Source: Chloroflexota bacterium (lineage in GTDB: Bacteria > Chloroflexota > Limnocylindria > Limnocylindrales > CSP1-4). Taken from it: a DNA stretch of 64,000 nt. Made by a program: the position numbers and the translations under genes. The stretch spans positions 45,893-109,892 of the forward strand of contig PMBR01000089.1 in NCBI GenBank assembly GCA_003152995.1. The letters run 5' to 3'. Every line of letters begins with the position of its first letter. Within the stretch, counting starts at the first letter, position 1. Under the pieces are notes generated by a model. The model was not told the DNA's origin. It worked only from the letters and a program-made list of their open reading frames with translations, and did not search any database. Below are positions 9,568-17,747 of the stretch, in pieces.

Positions 9568-11448
9568 TCACGAACCGACCGTTCCGCTGTAATACCGCTT
9601 GGCCAACGACCATGCCGCCTTGCCACACTCGGAACCGATCTCCCGGCCTGTGAAATCGTCCGCCTGGATATGGATCCCACCCCACAGCCGCGACTGGCCC
9701 GCCTGGTCCGCGGCGTCGTAGTACGTCGCCCACTCGAGGCGGATGTCCTTCGTCGGCCCGAGCTCGAACTTGAGCGAGCCGGCCTTGATCGTGTAGCCGC
9801 TCACACCGCCGGGGAAGTATTCGCTGCCGGTGATGCCCACCAGCACCTCGGCGGCCGCGCGACTGAACGTGCTGTGCCCCGAGACCCACGCGGGGAACGA
9901 CGGCGTCACGAAGGTCGGCAGCTGATACGGGACCCAATTGGCGGCCAGGATCCACTGAACCCCACCGATTTGCGTCTTGGGATCCGCCGGAGTTCCCGTC
10001 CAGGACCTGATCGCGACCTCACCAACGTGGCCGGCCAGCCCGGCATGTCGCTGCCCTGGCGCGCTCGACTCGGCGGTGATGACTTCGATGAGGCCGGGCA
10101 CCAGGGGCAGACCCTCCTTGTTGTAGGAGGGTCCGGTCGGGTCGCTCGACTGGCCCAGCCCGCCCATGTACCGGATCAGCGATATCGGCCGCGACGAGTC
10201 GTAGTCGCCCTTCAAGCCCCACGCCGCGATCGCGGCATCGTGGACGGCCCCGTTGACGGCGAGGTAGAGCTTCACGTCCCACTGGAGGCGATCGACCGCG
10301 GGACCCGTACCTCCGATCCGGAGGTTCGGAGAGAGCTCGTCGGAGACGAGGTTGGCAAGCACGTTCCAGTGTCCGGGCGGCGTTTCGGAATTCGGCCCAT
10401 CGGCCCAGAACTCCGCCATGACCCGCCCGAAGTCACCCTCGTTGACGACGTCCGGCGGGTAGGGCTGGCCCGTCGTCGGATTGACCGGATGCCCGCTGCC
10501 GTCGTTCGACCCGAGGCTGTTTCCGCCCCGCGCCCCGGGAGAGATGTCGATTGTGGCGGGGCTGGTCGGGTCCAGCATGCTGCTGTCGCGGATGACCTCG
10601 ACCTCCTGGTCCTTGAGGGTCTGGTCGGTCGCCGGATCGCCGAGCCGGGGTGGCGGACCCGGGTCGATCGGCACGCCGACGGCGCCCCCGTCGGGCAGCC
10701 CGAAGCTCTTCACATGGCCCCACTGGGGGCCGACATTCTGCTGGACGCCGTTGACCACCGGAATGCCGTTCTGGGAAATCATGTGCAGGATCTGGAGCGG
10801 CTGCCAGCGGTTGGGGTCGGTCATGGTCGTACCCGGCTGGGCGACGACGAGCGGTGGGTTGACCGACTTGTAGTCGGGGGCGGCGTATCCGCCAGCCTGG
10901 TTCGACCCGTCCGTCAGGCCATACGCGATCACGGTCTTGGCGATCCGATTCCCAAGCGCTGCAGGCGAGCTGCCATCGGTCGTGGTGACGTTCAGCGGAT
11001 AGCAGAGCGAATCCATGACATCGTCGAACTCGGAGAGCGACTTATCGGCTCCCACGGACTTGATGTAGCGGGCCGTGAGCACGCGGTAAGCCGCGTAGCT
11101 GATCGCTTCGTTGCGAGCCGCCGTCACGTCCGATGCGGTGTCCTTCTCCGTCACGAAATAGCCTGAGGCCTGCGGGTCGTATGCCGCCCACGCGTCCCAC
11201 ATCGCCGCCGACACATGGAACAGGTTCCGGGCGTGCACGGGCGGGTTCGGGAGTGCTCGCCGGATCGCATCCAGCAGAGCCTCGTCCCAGCGCCGGGCGA
11301 CGGACCAATCGGGGTTGCTCTGAACCGCCGAACAGCCTTGCGCCTGGGACCACGGGTGAACCGTGACTGCGCCGACGCCGCTCGCCACGAGAACGACCAC
11401 GGCCGCCACGGCCAGCGCCAACTTGCGCCTCGATCGGCTCGCCAGCAT
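9568..11448 (-). CDS. Vanadium-dependent haloperoxidase / PAP2-superfamily secreted protein
   Basis: PAP2/V-haloperoxidase motifs are present: K..RP (KGDYDSSRP), PSGH-like (FPAWVSGHS) and SR....H...D (SRLWGGIHIQADD). A signal peptide MLASRSRRKLALAVAAVVVLVA follows ATG 11448, preceded by GGAGG; an alternative start is 11523. Confidence 0.7.
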   Translation of the reverse strand: MLASRSRRKLALAVAAVVVLVASGVGAVTVHPWSQAQGCSAVQSNPDWSVARRWDEALLDAIRRALPNPPVHARNLFHVSAAMWDAWAAYDPQASGYFVTEKDTASDVTAARNEAISYAAYRVLTARYIKSVGADKSLSEFDDVMDSLCYPLNVTTTDGSSPAALGNRIAKTVIAYGLTDGSNQAGGYAAPDYKSVNPPLVVAQPGTTMTDPNRWQPLQILHMISQNGIPVVNGVQQNVGPQWGHVKSFGLPDGGAVGVPIDPGPPPRLGDPATDQTLKDQEVEVIRDSSMLDPTSPATIDISPGARGGNSLGSNDGSGHPVNPTTGQPYPPDVVNEGDFGRVMAEFWADGPNSETPPGHWNVLANLVSDELSPNLRIGGTGPAVDRLQWDVKLYLAVNGAVHDAAIAAWGLKGDYDSSRPISLIRYMGGLGQSSDPTGPSYNKEGLPLVPGLIEVITAESSAPGQRHAGLAGHVGEVAIRSWTGTPADPKTQIGGVQWILAANWVPYQLPTFVTPSFPAWVSGHSTFSRAAAEVLVGITGSEYFPGGVSGYTIKAGSLKFELGPTKDIRLEWATYYDAADQAGQSRLWGGIHIQADDFTGREIGSECGKAAWSLAKRYYSGTVGS

Positions 11449-11629
11449 TTCCTCCACCCCGCTGACTACGTCGGCGCCGGTCGGCGCCGGTCGATTCTGA
11501 TTGGCCGTTTGCAAGGCCCACATTCACCCGAGCGGCTCGGTCCGGGGGCTGGGTCTCTTCTCCGGGCTCGGAGCCCGTGGGAGAGGGCACCCCTGGGCGG
11601 GCAGGTCCGGGATTGCGGCTATACGCCGC

Positions 11630-11652
11630 GCAATCGAATGTAGCATACCATT
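11630..11652. promoter_or_regulatory. 23-nt motif GCAATCGAATGTAGCATACCATT (copy 2), in the divergent haloperoxidase/AMMECR1 intergenic region
   Basis: Identical to 1173..1195. Flanked by short inverted repeats (CGCCGCGCAAT ... ATTGCACGCGCGGCG). It lies about 105 nt upstream of the haloperoxidase start, in the same orientation as copy 1 relative to its downstream gene. Confidence 0.45.
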
Positions 11653-11823
11653 GCACGCGCGGCGCTCAAGCCGTCGTAGGCGAGCGGAGCGGTCGTCCTG
11701 AGGGGTGCGGCCCGCGCCGGCCGCATCCAATCCGCGTCGCGAATGAGGCCTGCAGAAAGGCGCCATTCGACCCTGGCGCGGTGCGCGCGGACGCCTAGTC
11801 TCTCAGCGGAGGCGAGACCGCCG

Positions 11824-12384
11824 ATGCAGCAACTCGTTCAGTCCGACCGCGGACAACTGCTCGACCTGGCTCGGGCTGCGGTCGAGGCAGCGGCCAGGCG
11901 CGGTTTGAGGCCTGCCCTCGACGCGATCGCGCTCACGCCCGGACTGCTTGCGCCAGCAGCGGCGTTCGTGACCCTGCATGAGGGCGGCATGCTGCGCGGC
12001 TGCATCGGAATGATGCGTTACGACGTGCCCCTGTGGATCAACGTCCGCGACTCGGCGACGGCAGCGGCGCGGAACGATCCGCGCTTCGAGCCCGTCGCGC
12101 CCTCCGAGTTGCCTGACCTGGAGATCGAGATCTCGGTCCTGGAGCCGCCGGTTCCCCTGCCCGATCCGGCCATGTTCGAGGCCGGCCGCCACGGCATCGT
12201 CGTTGAGCGGGGCGAATCTCGTGCCCTCCTGCTGCCACAGGTCGCGCCGGAGATGGGCTGGGGCGCCCAAGAGATGCTCGAGGCCGTCTGCCGCAAGGCC
12301 GGCCTGCGGGCAGACGCGTGGCGGGATCGGGCCACGCGGCTGTATGTCTTCGAGTCCTTCTGCTTCGACGCCAGAGAGGGCTGA
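11824..12384 (+). CDS. AMMECR1-domain protein
   Basis: Typical AMMECR1 core (AAFVTLHEGGMLRGCIGMM...PRF.P...L..L.I.ISVL...GIVVERGESRALLLPQV). Start at the internal ATG 11824. Confidence 0.8.
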   Translation: MQQLVQSDRGQLLDLARAAVEAAARRGLRPALDAIALTPGLLAPAAAFVTLHEGGMLRGCIGMMRYDVPLWINVRDSATAAARNDPRFEPVAPSELPDLEIEISVLEPPVPLPDPAMFEAGRHGIVVERGESRALLLPQVAPEMGWGAQEMLEAVCRKAGLRADAWRDRATRLYVFESFCFDAREG

Positions 12385-12567
12385 CTGCGCCCGAATCCGC
12401 CAACTGAGATCGCCTCCCGCTCGGCCGGCCGGCCGATGCCCGCGCGGCTGGTGAGGCCGGGCGATTGCGCCCCGCGCAGTCTTCAGGTTCTCTTCAGCGT
12501 GGCGGCCAAAGATGACCTTCATTCGAGATGCCCCGAAGATGCGCGGCATCCACTGGAGGTCCAGACC

Positions 12568-13704
12568 GTGTTAGCTTCGGGTCGAACGTCCAAGCGCGGC
12601 GTAGGCGCTTTGTCGGCATTTATCATGGCTGTGGTGCTCGTTGCGGCGGGGTGCGCGTCGACGACCGGCACAACCAATGCCGCGCTGGGCAACGCGGTCG
12701 GAGCCAATGGCGGCACCGTGCCGGTCGTTCTCCCCGTCGCCACTCCGACGCCTGGCGTCGCCTCTTCGACTCCTGCGGTCGGCCCTTCGACCTCGGGCGA
12801 CAGTTCCCTTGCCGACGCCCAGGCTCTGCAGTCGACAATGGTCTCGATCATCAAGCAGGTGACGCCATCCGTGGTCGTCATCGAGACCGCGAGCGGACTC
12901 GGCTCGGGCATCATCTACAACGCGGCCGGCGACATCGTCACCAACGCTCACGTCGTCGGGACGTCGAAGACGTTCAAGGTGACGCTCTCGAACGGCAAGA
13001 CCTACACGGGGACACTGGTCGGGAGCTTCACGGCGGATGACATCGCCGTGCTCAAGATCACCGCTCCGTCACTGACCCCCGCGATCTTCGGAGACTCGGG
13101 CCAGCTTTCCGTCGGCGACTTCGTCCTCGCCATGGGGAATCCGCTCGGGCTCCAATCGAGCGTGACAGAGGGCATAGTGAGCGCGCTCGGTAGACAGGTG
13201 TCCGAGCCGAACGGCAACACTCTGCCCGACGTCATCCAGACCAGCGCCTCGATCAACCCCGGCAATAGCGGTGGCGCGCTCGTCGACCTCAACGGTCACG
13301 TCGTCGGCATCCCGACGTTGGGCGCCACGGATCCACAGGTGGGCGGCAGCGCACCTGGAATCGGCTTTGCCATCTCGAGCAACCGAGCGCGGACGATCGC
13401 CGACCAGCTGATCGCAAGCGGCAAGGTCACCAGTTCGGGCCGCGCCTACATGGGCGTCGAGATCGCCGACACGACCAACGGCATCGGTGTCGTCACCGTC
13501 ACCGCAGGATCGCCGGCGGCCAAGGCGGGGATCGTGGCCGGCGACCTGATCATCTCCGTCGACGGCCAGGCCACTCCGACCAGCGACTCACTCTCGCAAG
13601 TGCTCATCACACTTTCGCCGGGCAAGGTCACCTCGGTTGTGGTCCAGCACGCGGACGGAACCAAGTCGACCCTCAGTTTGACCCTCGGCCAGCTGCCTGG
13701 TTGA
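12568..13704 (+). CDS. HtrA/DegP-family serine protease with PDZ domain (lipoprotein)
   Basis: Trypsin-like catalytic triad context (TNAHVV; DIAVLKI; GNSGGAL) plus a C-terminal PDZ (GSPAAKAGIVAGDLIISVDGQ). GTG start 12568 with GGAGG upstream; lipobox LVAAGC. Confidence 0.85.
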   Translation: MLASGRTSKRGVGALSAFIMAVVLVAAGCASTTGTTNAALGNAVGANGGTVPVVLPVATPTPGVASSTPAVGPSTSGDSSLADAQALQSTMVSIIKQVTPSVVVIETASGLGSGIIYNAAGDIVTNAHVVGTSKTFKVTLSNGKTYTGTLVGSFTADDIAVLKITAPSLTPAIFGDSGQLSVGDFVLAMGNPLGLQSSVTEGIVSALGRQVSEPNGNTLPDVIQTSASINPGNSGGALVDLNGHVVGIPTLGATDPQVGGSAPGIGFAISSNRARTIADQLIASGKVTSSGRAYMGVEIADTTNGIGVVTVTAGSPAAKAGIVAGDLIISVDGQATPTSDSLSQVLITLSPGKVTSVVVQHADGTKSTLSLTLGQLPG

Positions 13705-13741
13705 AGCCGAGTCGGTCTGGCGGCCCCGTCCGGCGGCCAGG

Positions 13742-14995
13742 TCAGCCGGCCGTCCGGATCGGCAGGTCGAAGCGGATCGCAGTCCCGCCCGCGGCGGGGC
13801 GCTCGGCGCGGATCGTGCCGCCGTGGGCCTCGACCAGACGGCGCGCGATCGCTAGACCCAGCCCGGAGCCTCGCGACTCGGCCGACCTGGCGAAGCGATC
13901 GAACAGATGAGGCAGCACCTCCGGCGCGATTCCCGGCCCACCGTCGACCACGGAGAGAGTGATCCGGTCGACTCCGGGCTCCGCGGCAATCAGGATGTCG
14001 CTGCCGGCGGGGGCGTAGCGCAGTGCATTGGCAACGAGATTGCCGATCACCTGGCGTATGCGCAGCGGATCGAGCTCAACCAGGGGCAAGCTGTCCGGCG
14101 TCTCGACTCGGAGCCGGACGCGCGCCTGGGCCGCCAGCGCTTCGAACGAAGCCGCCACCTCGTGCGCCAGAACCGACAAGTCGGTCGTCTCGCGATGGAG
14201 GGCAAGGGTGCCGGCCTCGGCGAGAGCCAGCGTCCGGAGGTCTTCTACGAGGCCGGTCAGCATTCGGATCTCGTCCACCGCCAGTGACAGGTGCGCTTCG
14301 TCGGTCGGGTGGACGCCGTCGATCATGGCCTCGAGCTCGCCCTGCAGAACCGCCAGCGGCGTGCGCAGCTCGTGACTCACGTCCGCCAGGAGCGTGCGGC
14401 GCTGCCGCTCATCGTCTTCGATCCGTGCGGCCATGGCGTTGAAGGCCTGGACCAGCGACCTCAGCTCGCGCGGGCCGCGGCGGTACTCGGGCACTCGGGC
14501 CGAATAGTCGCCGGCCTCGAGCCTGCCGGCAGCTTCGATCAGATCGCCGAACGGCATAGCGAAGCGCCGCGCGCTGCCCGCAATTCCGGCGACGGCGAGG
14601 ATCAGGATCAGCACGAACGCGGCCGCGAGAAACCCTCTGCTGGGCGCCGGCAGACCCAGCGCCGCCAGAATCTGCCCCAGTGTGATCAGCGGACCGCCTA
14701 TGACCAAGGCAAGGAGTAGCGAGATGCCGATCGCGAAGCGGACGAAGAATCGGCGCCGCACGCGACGCCACGGGAACTCACCGACCGGTGGCCACGGTTC
14801 GTCGGCCGGCCACCAGCCGGGTTTGTCGTGGGGCCGCTCTCGCCAGGGGCGGCCGCGCTCGAAGTGATGGCGCGAATACCCGTGCCTGGGTCCGGTCTGT
14901 GGCCGGGTCTGAGGTCCGGGCATCCACGTGCCTCGCGGCTCGCGTCGTGGGCCGTCTGCCGCGCCGTCCGGACACTCGTTGTCGAGGCCGCTCAC
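13742..14995 (-). CDS. Two-component sensor histidine kinase (2 TM, HAMP, HisKA, HATPase_c)
   Basis: H-box SHELRTPLAVL, N/G-box motifs (GNLVANALRYA; DGGPGI; GSGLGLAIA). The GTGA start overlaps the stop of the upstream response regulator. Confidence 0.9.
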   Translation of the reverse strand: MSGLDNECPDGAADGPRREPRGTWMPGPQTRPQTGPRHGYSRHHFERGRPWRERPHDKPGWWPADEPWPPVGEFPWRRVRRRFFVRFAIGISLLLALVIGGPLITLGQILAALGLPAPSRGFLAAAFVLILILAVAGIAGSARRFAMPFGDLIEAAGRLEAGDYSARVPEYRRGPRELRSLVQAFNAMAARIEDDERQRRTLLADVSHELRTPLAVLQGELEAMIDGVHPTDEAHLSLAVDEIRMLTGLVEDLRTLALAEAGTLALHRETTDLSVLAHEVAASFEALAAQARVRLRVETPDSLPLVELDPLRIRQVIGNLVANALRYAPAGSDILIAAEPGVDRITLSVVDGGPGIAPEVLPHLFDRFARSAESRGSGLGLAIARRLVEAHGGTIRAERPAAGGTAIRFDLPIRTAG

Positions 14996-15678
14996 TCACG
15001 TTCCTCGGCGAAGCGGTAGCCGACGCCGTACACGGTCTGGACATAGCGCGGGCGGCTCGGATCCGGCTCGAGCTTGCGGCGCAAGTTCTTGACGTGGGCG
15101 TCGATGGCCCGCTCGTACGACTCGAAGGCGAGGCCGTGGATGGCGTCGAGCAGCTGCGATCGGGTGAAGATTCGACCGGGCTGGCGCGCCAGGGCGACCA
15201 GGAGCTGGAATTCGGTCGGGGTCAGTTCGACGGTTCGACCATCGACATCGACGCGCATTCGGGCGATGTCGATCGAGACGCCGGACGCCTCGATTCGATC
15301 GCCGGGTTCACTCTCGCGGTCGATCCGCCGCAGAACCGCCCGAATTCGAGCCACGAGTTCGCGCGGGCTGAACGGCTTGGTGACGTAGTCGTCGGCGCCG
15401 ATCTCGAGGCCGAGCACGCGATCCAGCTCGTCGTCGCGTGCGGTGAGCATGATGATCGGCAGGGTGGAGTCGCGCCGGATGGCCCGGGCGACATCCAGGC
15501 CGTCCATCCCGGGCAGGCCCAGGTCAAGCACCAGCAGATCGGGCTTCCTGGCGCGCGCGGCTTTTAGCGCGGAGGGCCCGTCGACCGCGGTGAGCACGGC
15601 AAAGCCGGCGTGCTCGAGGTAGTCGCGAGCAAGCTCCACGATGCGAGGTTCGTCGTCGACGACCAGAACGGTTTTCAC
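14992..15678 (-). CDS. OmpR-family response regulator (228 aa)
   Basis: Receiver domain (VLVVDDE...DLLVLDLGLPGMDG...KPF) plus winged-helix C-terminus (TPTEFQLL...VYGVGYRF). GTG start at complement 15678. The upstream part of the 360-aa six-frame ORF is Arg/Pro-rich junk. Confidence 0.9.
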   Translation of the reverse strand: MKTVLVVDDEPRIVELARDYLEHAGFAVLTAVDGPSALKAARARKPDLLVLDLGLPGMDGLDVARAIRRDSTLPIIMLTARDDELDRVLGLEIGADDYVTKPFSPRELVARIRAVLRRIDRESEPGDRIEASGVSIDIARMRVDVDGRTVELTPTEFQLLVALARQPGRIFTRSQLLDAIHGLAFESYERAIDAHVKNLRRKLEPDPSRPRYVQTVYGVGYRFAEERE

Positions 15679-15844
15679 GGTGGCCTCATCGTACGGCGCC
15701 GCGCGGTGGCGGGGCAGATGAAACGTCGGTCGTCGTGGACGAGGCCGTGAAGGGCGATGAAGACGGCGAAGGCGCGGGGCAGGAGCCCGGCATCCGGGGC
15801 TCCTGCCTCCCGACTCTCCGCAGGCGCTGCGGGGAGTGATCCGG

Positions 15845-16333
15845 TCATCGGGGTTGGCCGCCTTGCGGTGAGGTGCCGGCCGCGGGCGGCTCGGCTTCAT
15901 GAGCCCGGCGATGCCAGTCGTCGAACGCCGCCTGCCGAGCCGAATGCCAGCGCCCCTCGTGCCGGCCCCAGCCGCCGGAACCACCGGGACCGCCCGTACC
16001 GCCGCGGCCGACTGGGTCACCGGGGCCGCCAGGACCGCCGGGGCCGCCGGGCCCGCCGCGGTCCCAACCGCCATGGGCGCCGCCCCAGAACGCGAACCGC
16101 ATCACCCGGAAGATGATCACAAGGATCAACACGGTGACCACGAGGCCGACGATGCCGGACGCCCCGAAGGCCCCGCCGTAGACCCACGGCGAGACGTTCG
16201 TTGCGCTGCTCCCGGCGCCGGCCACGAAGCCGGCACTGTATGCGCCCGCCGTAAGCGCGGCGACGACGCCGATCACGATCAGGGCCCCAAGAAGACGGAA
16301 ACCGCCTCCGTGTCTCATTTCAACTCCTACCAA
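15845..16333 (-). CDS. Hypothetical small membrane protein with GGPGG-repeat tail, first gene of the two-component operon
   Basis: Two hydrophobic helices, then (GPGG)n and His/Trp/Arg-rich segments. No recognisable family; the start may be the internal ATG (MRHGGG). Confidence 0.35.
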   Translation of the reverse strand: MVGVEMRHGGGFRLLGALIVIGVVAALTAGAYSAGFVAGAGSSATNVSPWVYGGAFGASGIVGLVVTVLILVIIFRVMRFAFWGGAHGGWDRGGPGGPGGPGGPGDPVGRGGTGGPGGSGGWGRHEGRWHSARQAAFDDWHRRAHEAEPPAAGTSPQGGQPR

Positions 16334-16607
16334 CGCGCCCCCGAATCTGGTTTCCGGTTGGCCGGGGGCGCATGGCCAACTTCGACCCTCAGGCTGATCG
16401 CCGCGTGTGAAGGACTCGTGAACGTGACCCGGAGGAGTGGTGAGGGCGGCATGGCGCAGCCGGCCGATGCGGCCCGATCTTGACCCCGGCGCATCGACAC
16501 GATAAATTCACCGAGCGCTGAGTTCAGCGAGCGATGAATTACGTCGGCCGGGCCATTGGGTCCGCACGACGGGCGCGAGACGGATCGGCCGGAAAGGGAT
16601 CTCGACG

Positions 16608-17747
16608 ATGTGGGCGATGGCGGCCAAGGAATTTCGCGAGCTGAGCCGGGACAGGCGCACGGTGGCGATGCTGGTCGCGCTGCCGCTCCTGCTGCTCATT
16701 GTTTTCGGCTATGCGGCTACCTTCGATGTGAGCACGATCAAGACGATCGTCGTGGGGCCGCAGGCTCAGCAGCTCGCGACCGTGGCCGGGGGCATGGCCA
16801 ACTCGCCGTTCGACATCGTGGCCATCCGGCCCGCTGACGGAGAGGCCCAGGCCGAGGATGCCCTGCGGCGCGGAGAGGCGACCGTCGTGATCGTGGCCGA
16901 TCTTCACAGCCCCGCCATCCTGATCGACGGCGCCGACCTGTTCGGGGCCAAAGCCGCCGTCGCCACCTTCGCCAACCTGTCGAGCCGCGCCGGGTCAGGC
17001 CTGGGGTCCGGCTCGGCCGGCATCCTCCCGATCGCGCTTCCCACTCCGCGTATCCTCTTCAACCCGGATCTCAAGACCAGCACCGTCATGGTCCCGGCCC
17101 TGGCCGGCATGATCCTGGTCTTCATCGGCACGATCGCGACCAGCCTCGGAGTGGTCCGCGAGCGCCAGACGGGCACGCTCGAACAACTCGCCGTCATGCC
17201 GTTTCGGCCGGCCGACATCTTCGTCGGCAAGGTCTTGCCCTATCTCGTGCTCGCAATCGTCGACATGACTCTGGTGATCGGCGCCGGAATGCTCATCTTC
17301 GGCGTCCCGTTCAACGGCAACCCGCTGGTTTTCGCCCTCGGCGCGGCGCTCTTCCTCTTTGTGACCCTCGGCCTGGGCGTGCTCGTCTCGACGGTTTCGG
17401 AAACTCAGGGTCAGGCCATCCAGCTGGCCATGATGACGATGCTGCCGCAAATCCTTCTCTCGGGGCTGATCTTCCCGCTCGACTCGATCGCCTGGGGCGT
17501 CCGCTGGATTGCCTACTTCCTACCTCTCACCTACTTCGTCGAGATCGCCCGCGGTGTGCTCGTCCGCGGAGCGCCGATCGATGCCCTGATCGCGCCGATG
17601 GTCGCGCTGGCGATCCTCGGGACGCTCGTCTTCGGTCTGTCGGTGCTGCGCTTCCGGCGGGATCTGGCGCCGGCCGGATCGGGCGCCCGACGGAAGAGCA
17701 AGGACCAGGAGACGGATGCGGCAAAAGGGACGGAAGGTGCCGCATGA
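16608..17747 (+). CDS. ABC-2 family transporter permease
   Basis: Six-TM ABC-2 type permease profile with the characteristic N-terminal AAKEFRELSRDRRT. Confidence 0.8.
   Translation: MWAMAAKEFRELSRDRRTVAMLVALPLLLLIVFGYAATFDVSTIKTIVVGPQAQQLATVAGGMANSPFDIVAIRPADGEAQAEDALRRGEATVVIVADLHSPAILIDGADLFGAKAAVATFANLSSRAGSGLGSGSAGILPIALPTPRILFNPDLKTSTVMVPALAGMILVFIGTIATSLGVVRERQTGTLEQLAVMPFRPADIFVGKVLPYLVLAIVDMTLVIGAGMLIFGVPFNGNPLVFALGAALFLFVTLGLGVLVSTVSETQGQAIQLAMMTMLPQILLSGLIFPLDSIAWGVRWIAYFLPLTYFVEIARGVLVRGAPIDALIAPMVALAILGTLVFGLSVLRFRRDLAPAGSGARRKSKDQETDAAKGTEGAA

Noticed and set aside
9522-9680. N-terminal 53 codons of the FG-GAP ORF that would overlap the haloperoxidase gene by 112 nt
   Set aside because: An internal GTG (complement 9521) yields a signal-peptide-like N-terminus and removes the overlap. 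The long extension is Arg/Ser-rich.
9538-11166. 542-aa plus-strand ORF and other antisense ORFs across the haloperoxidase and FG-GAP genes
   Set aside because: Antisense to genes with strong family motifs; compositionally junk.
15679-16074. Upstream 130 codons of the response-regulator ORF (14992..16074)
   Set aside because: A Pro/Arg/Ala-rich stretch precedes a canonical receiver-domain start (VKTVLVVDDE) at the GTG whose complement is 15678.
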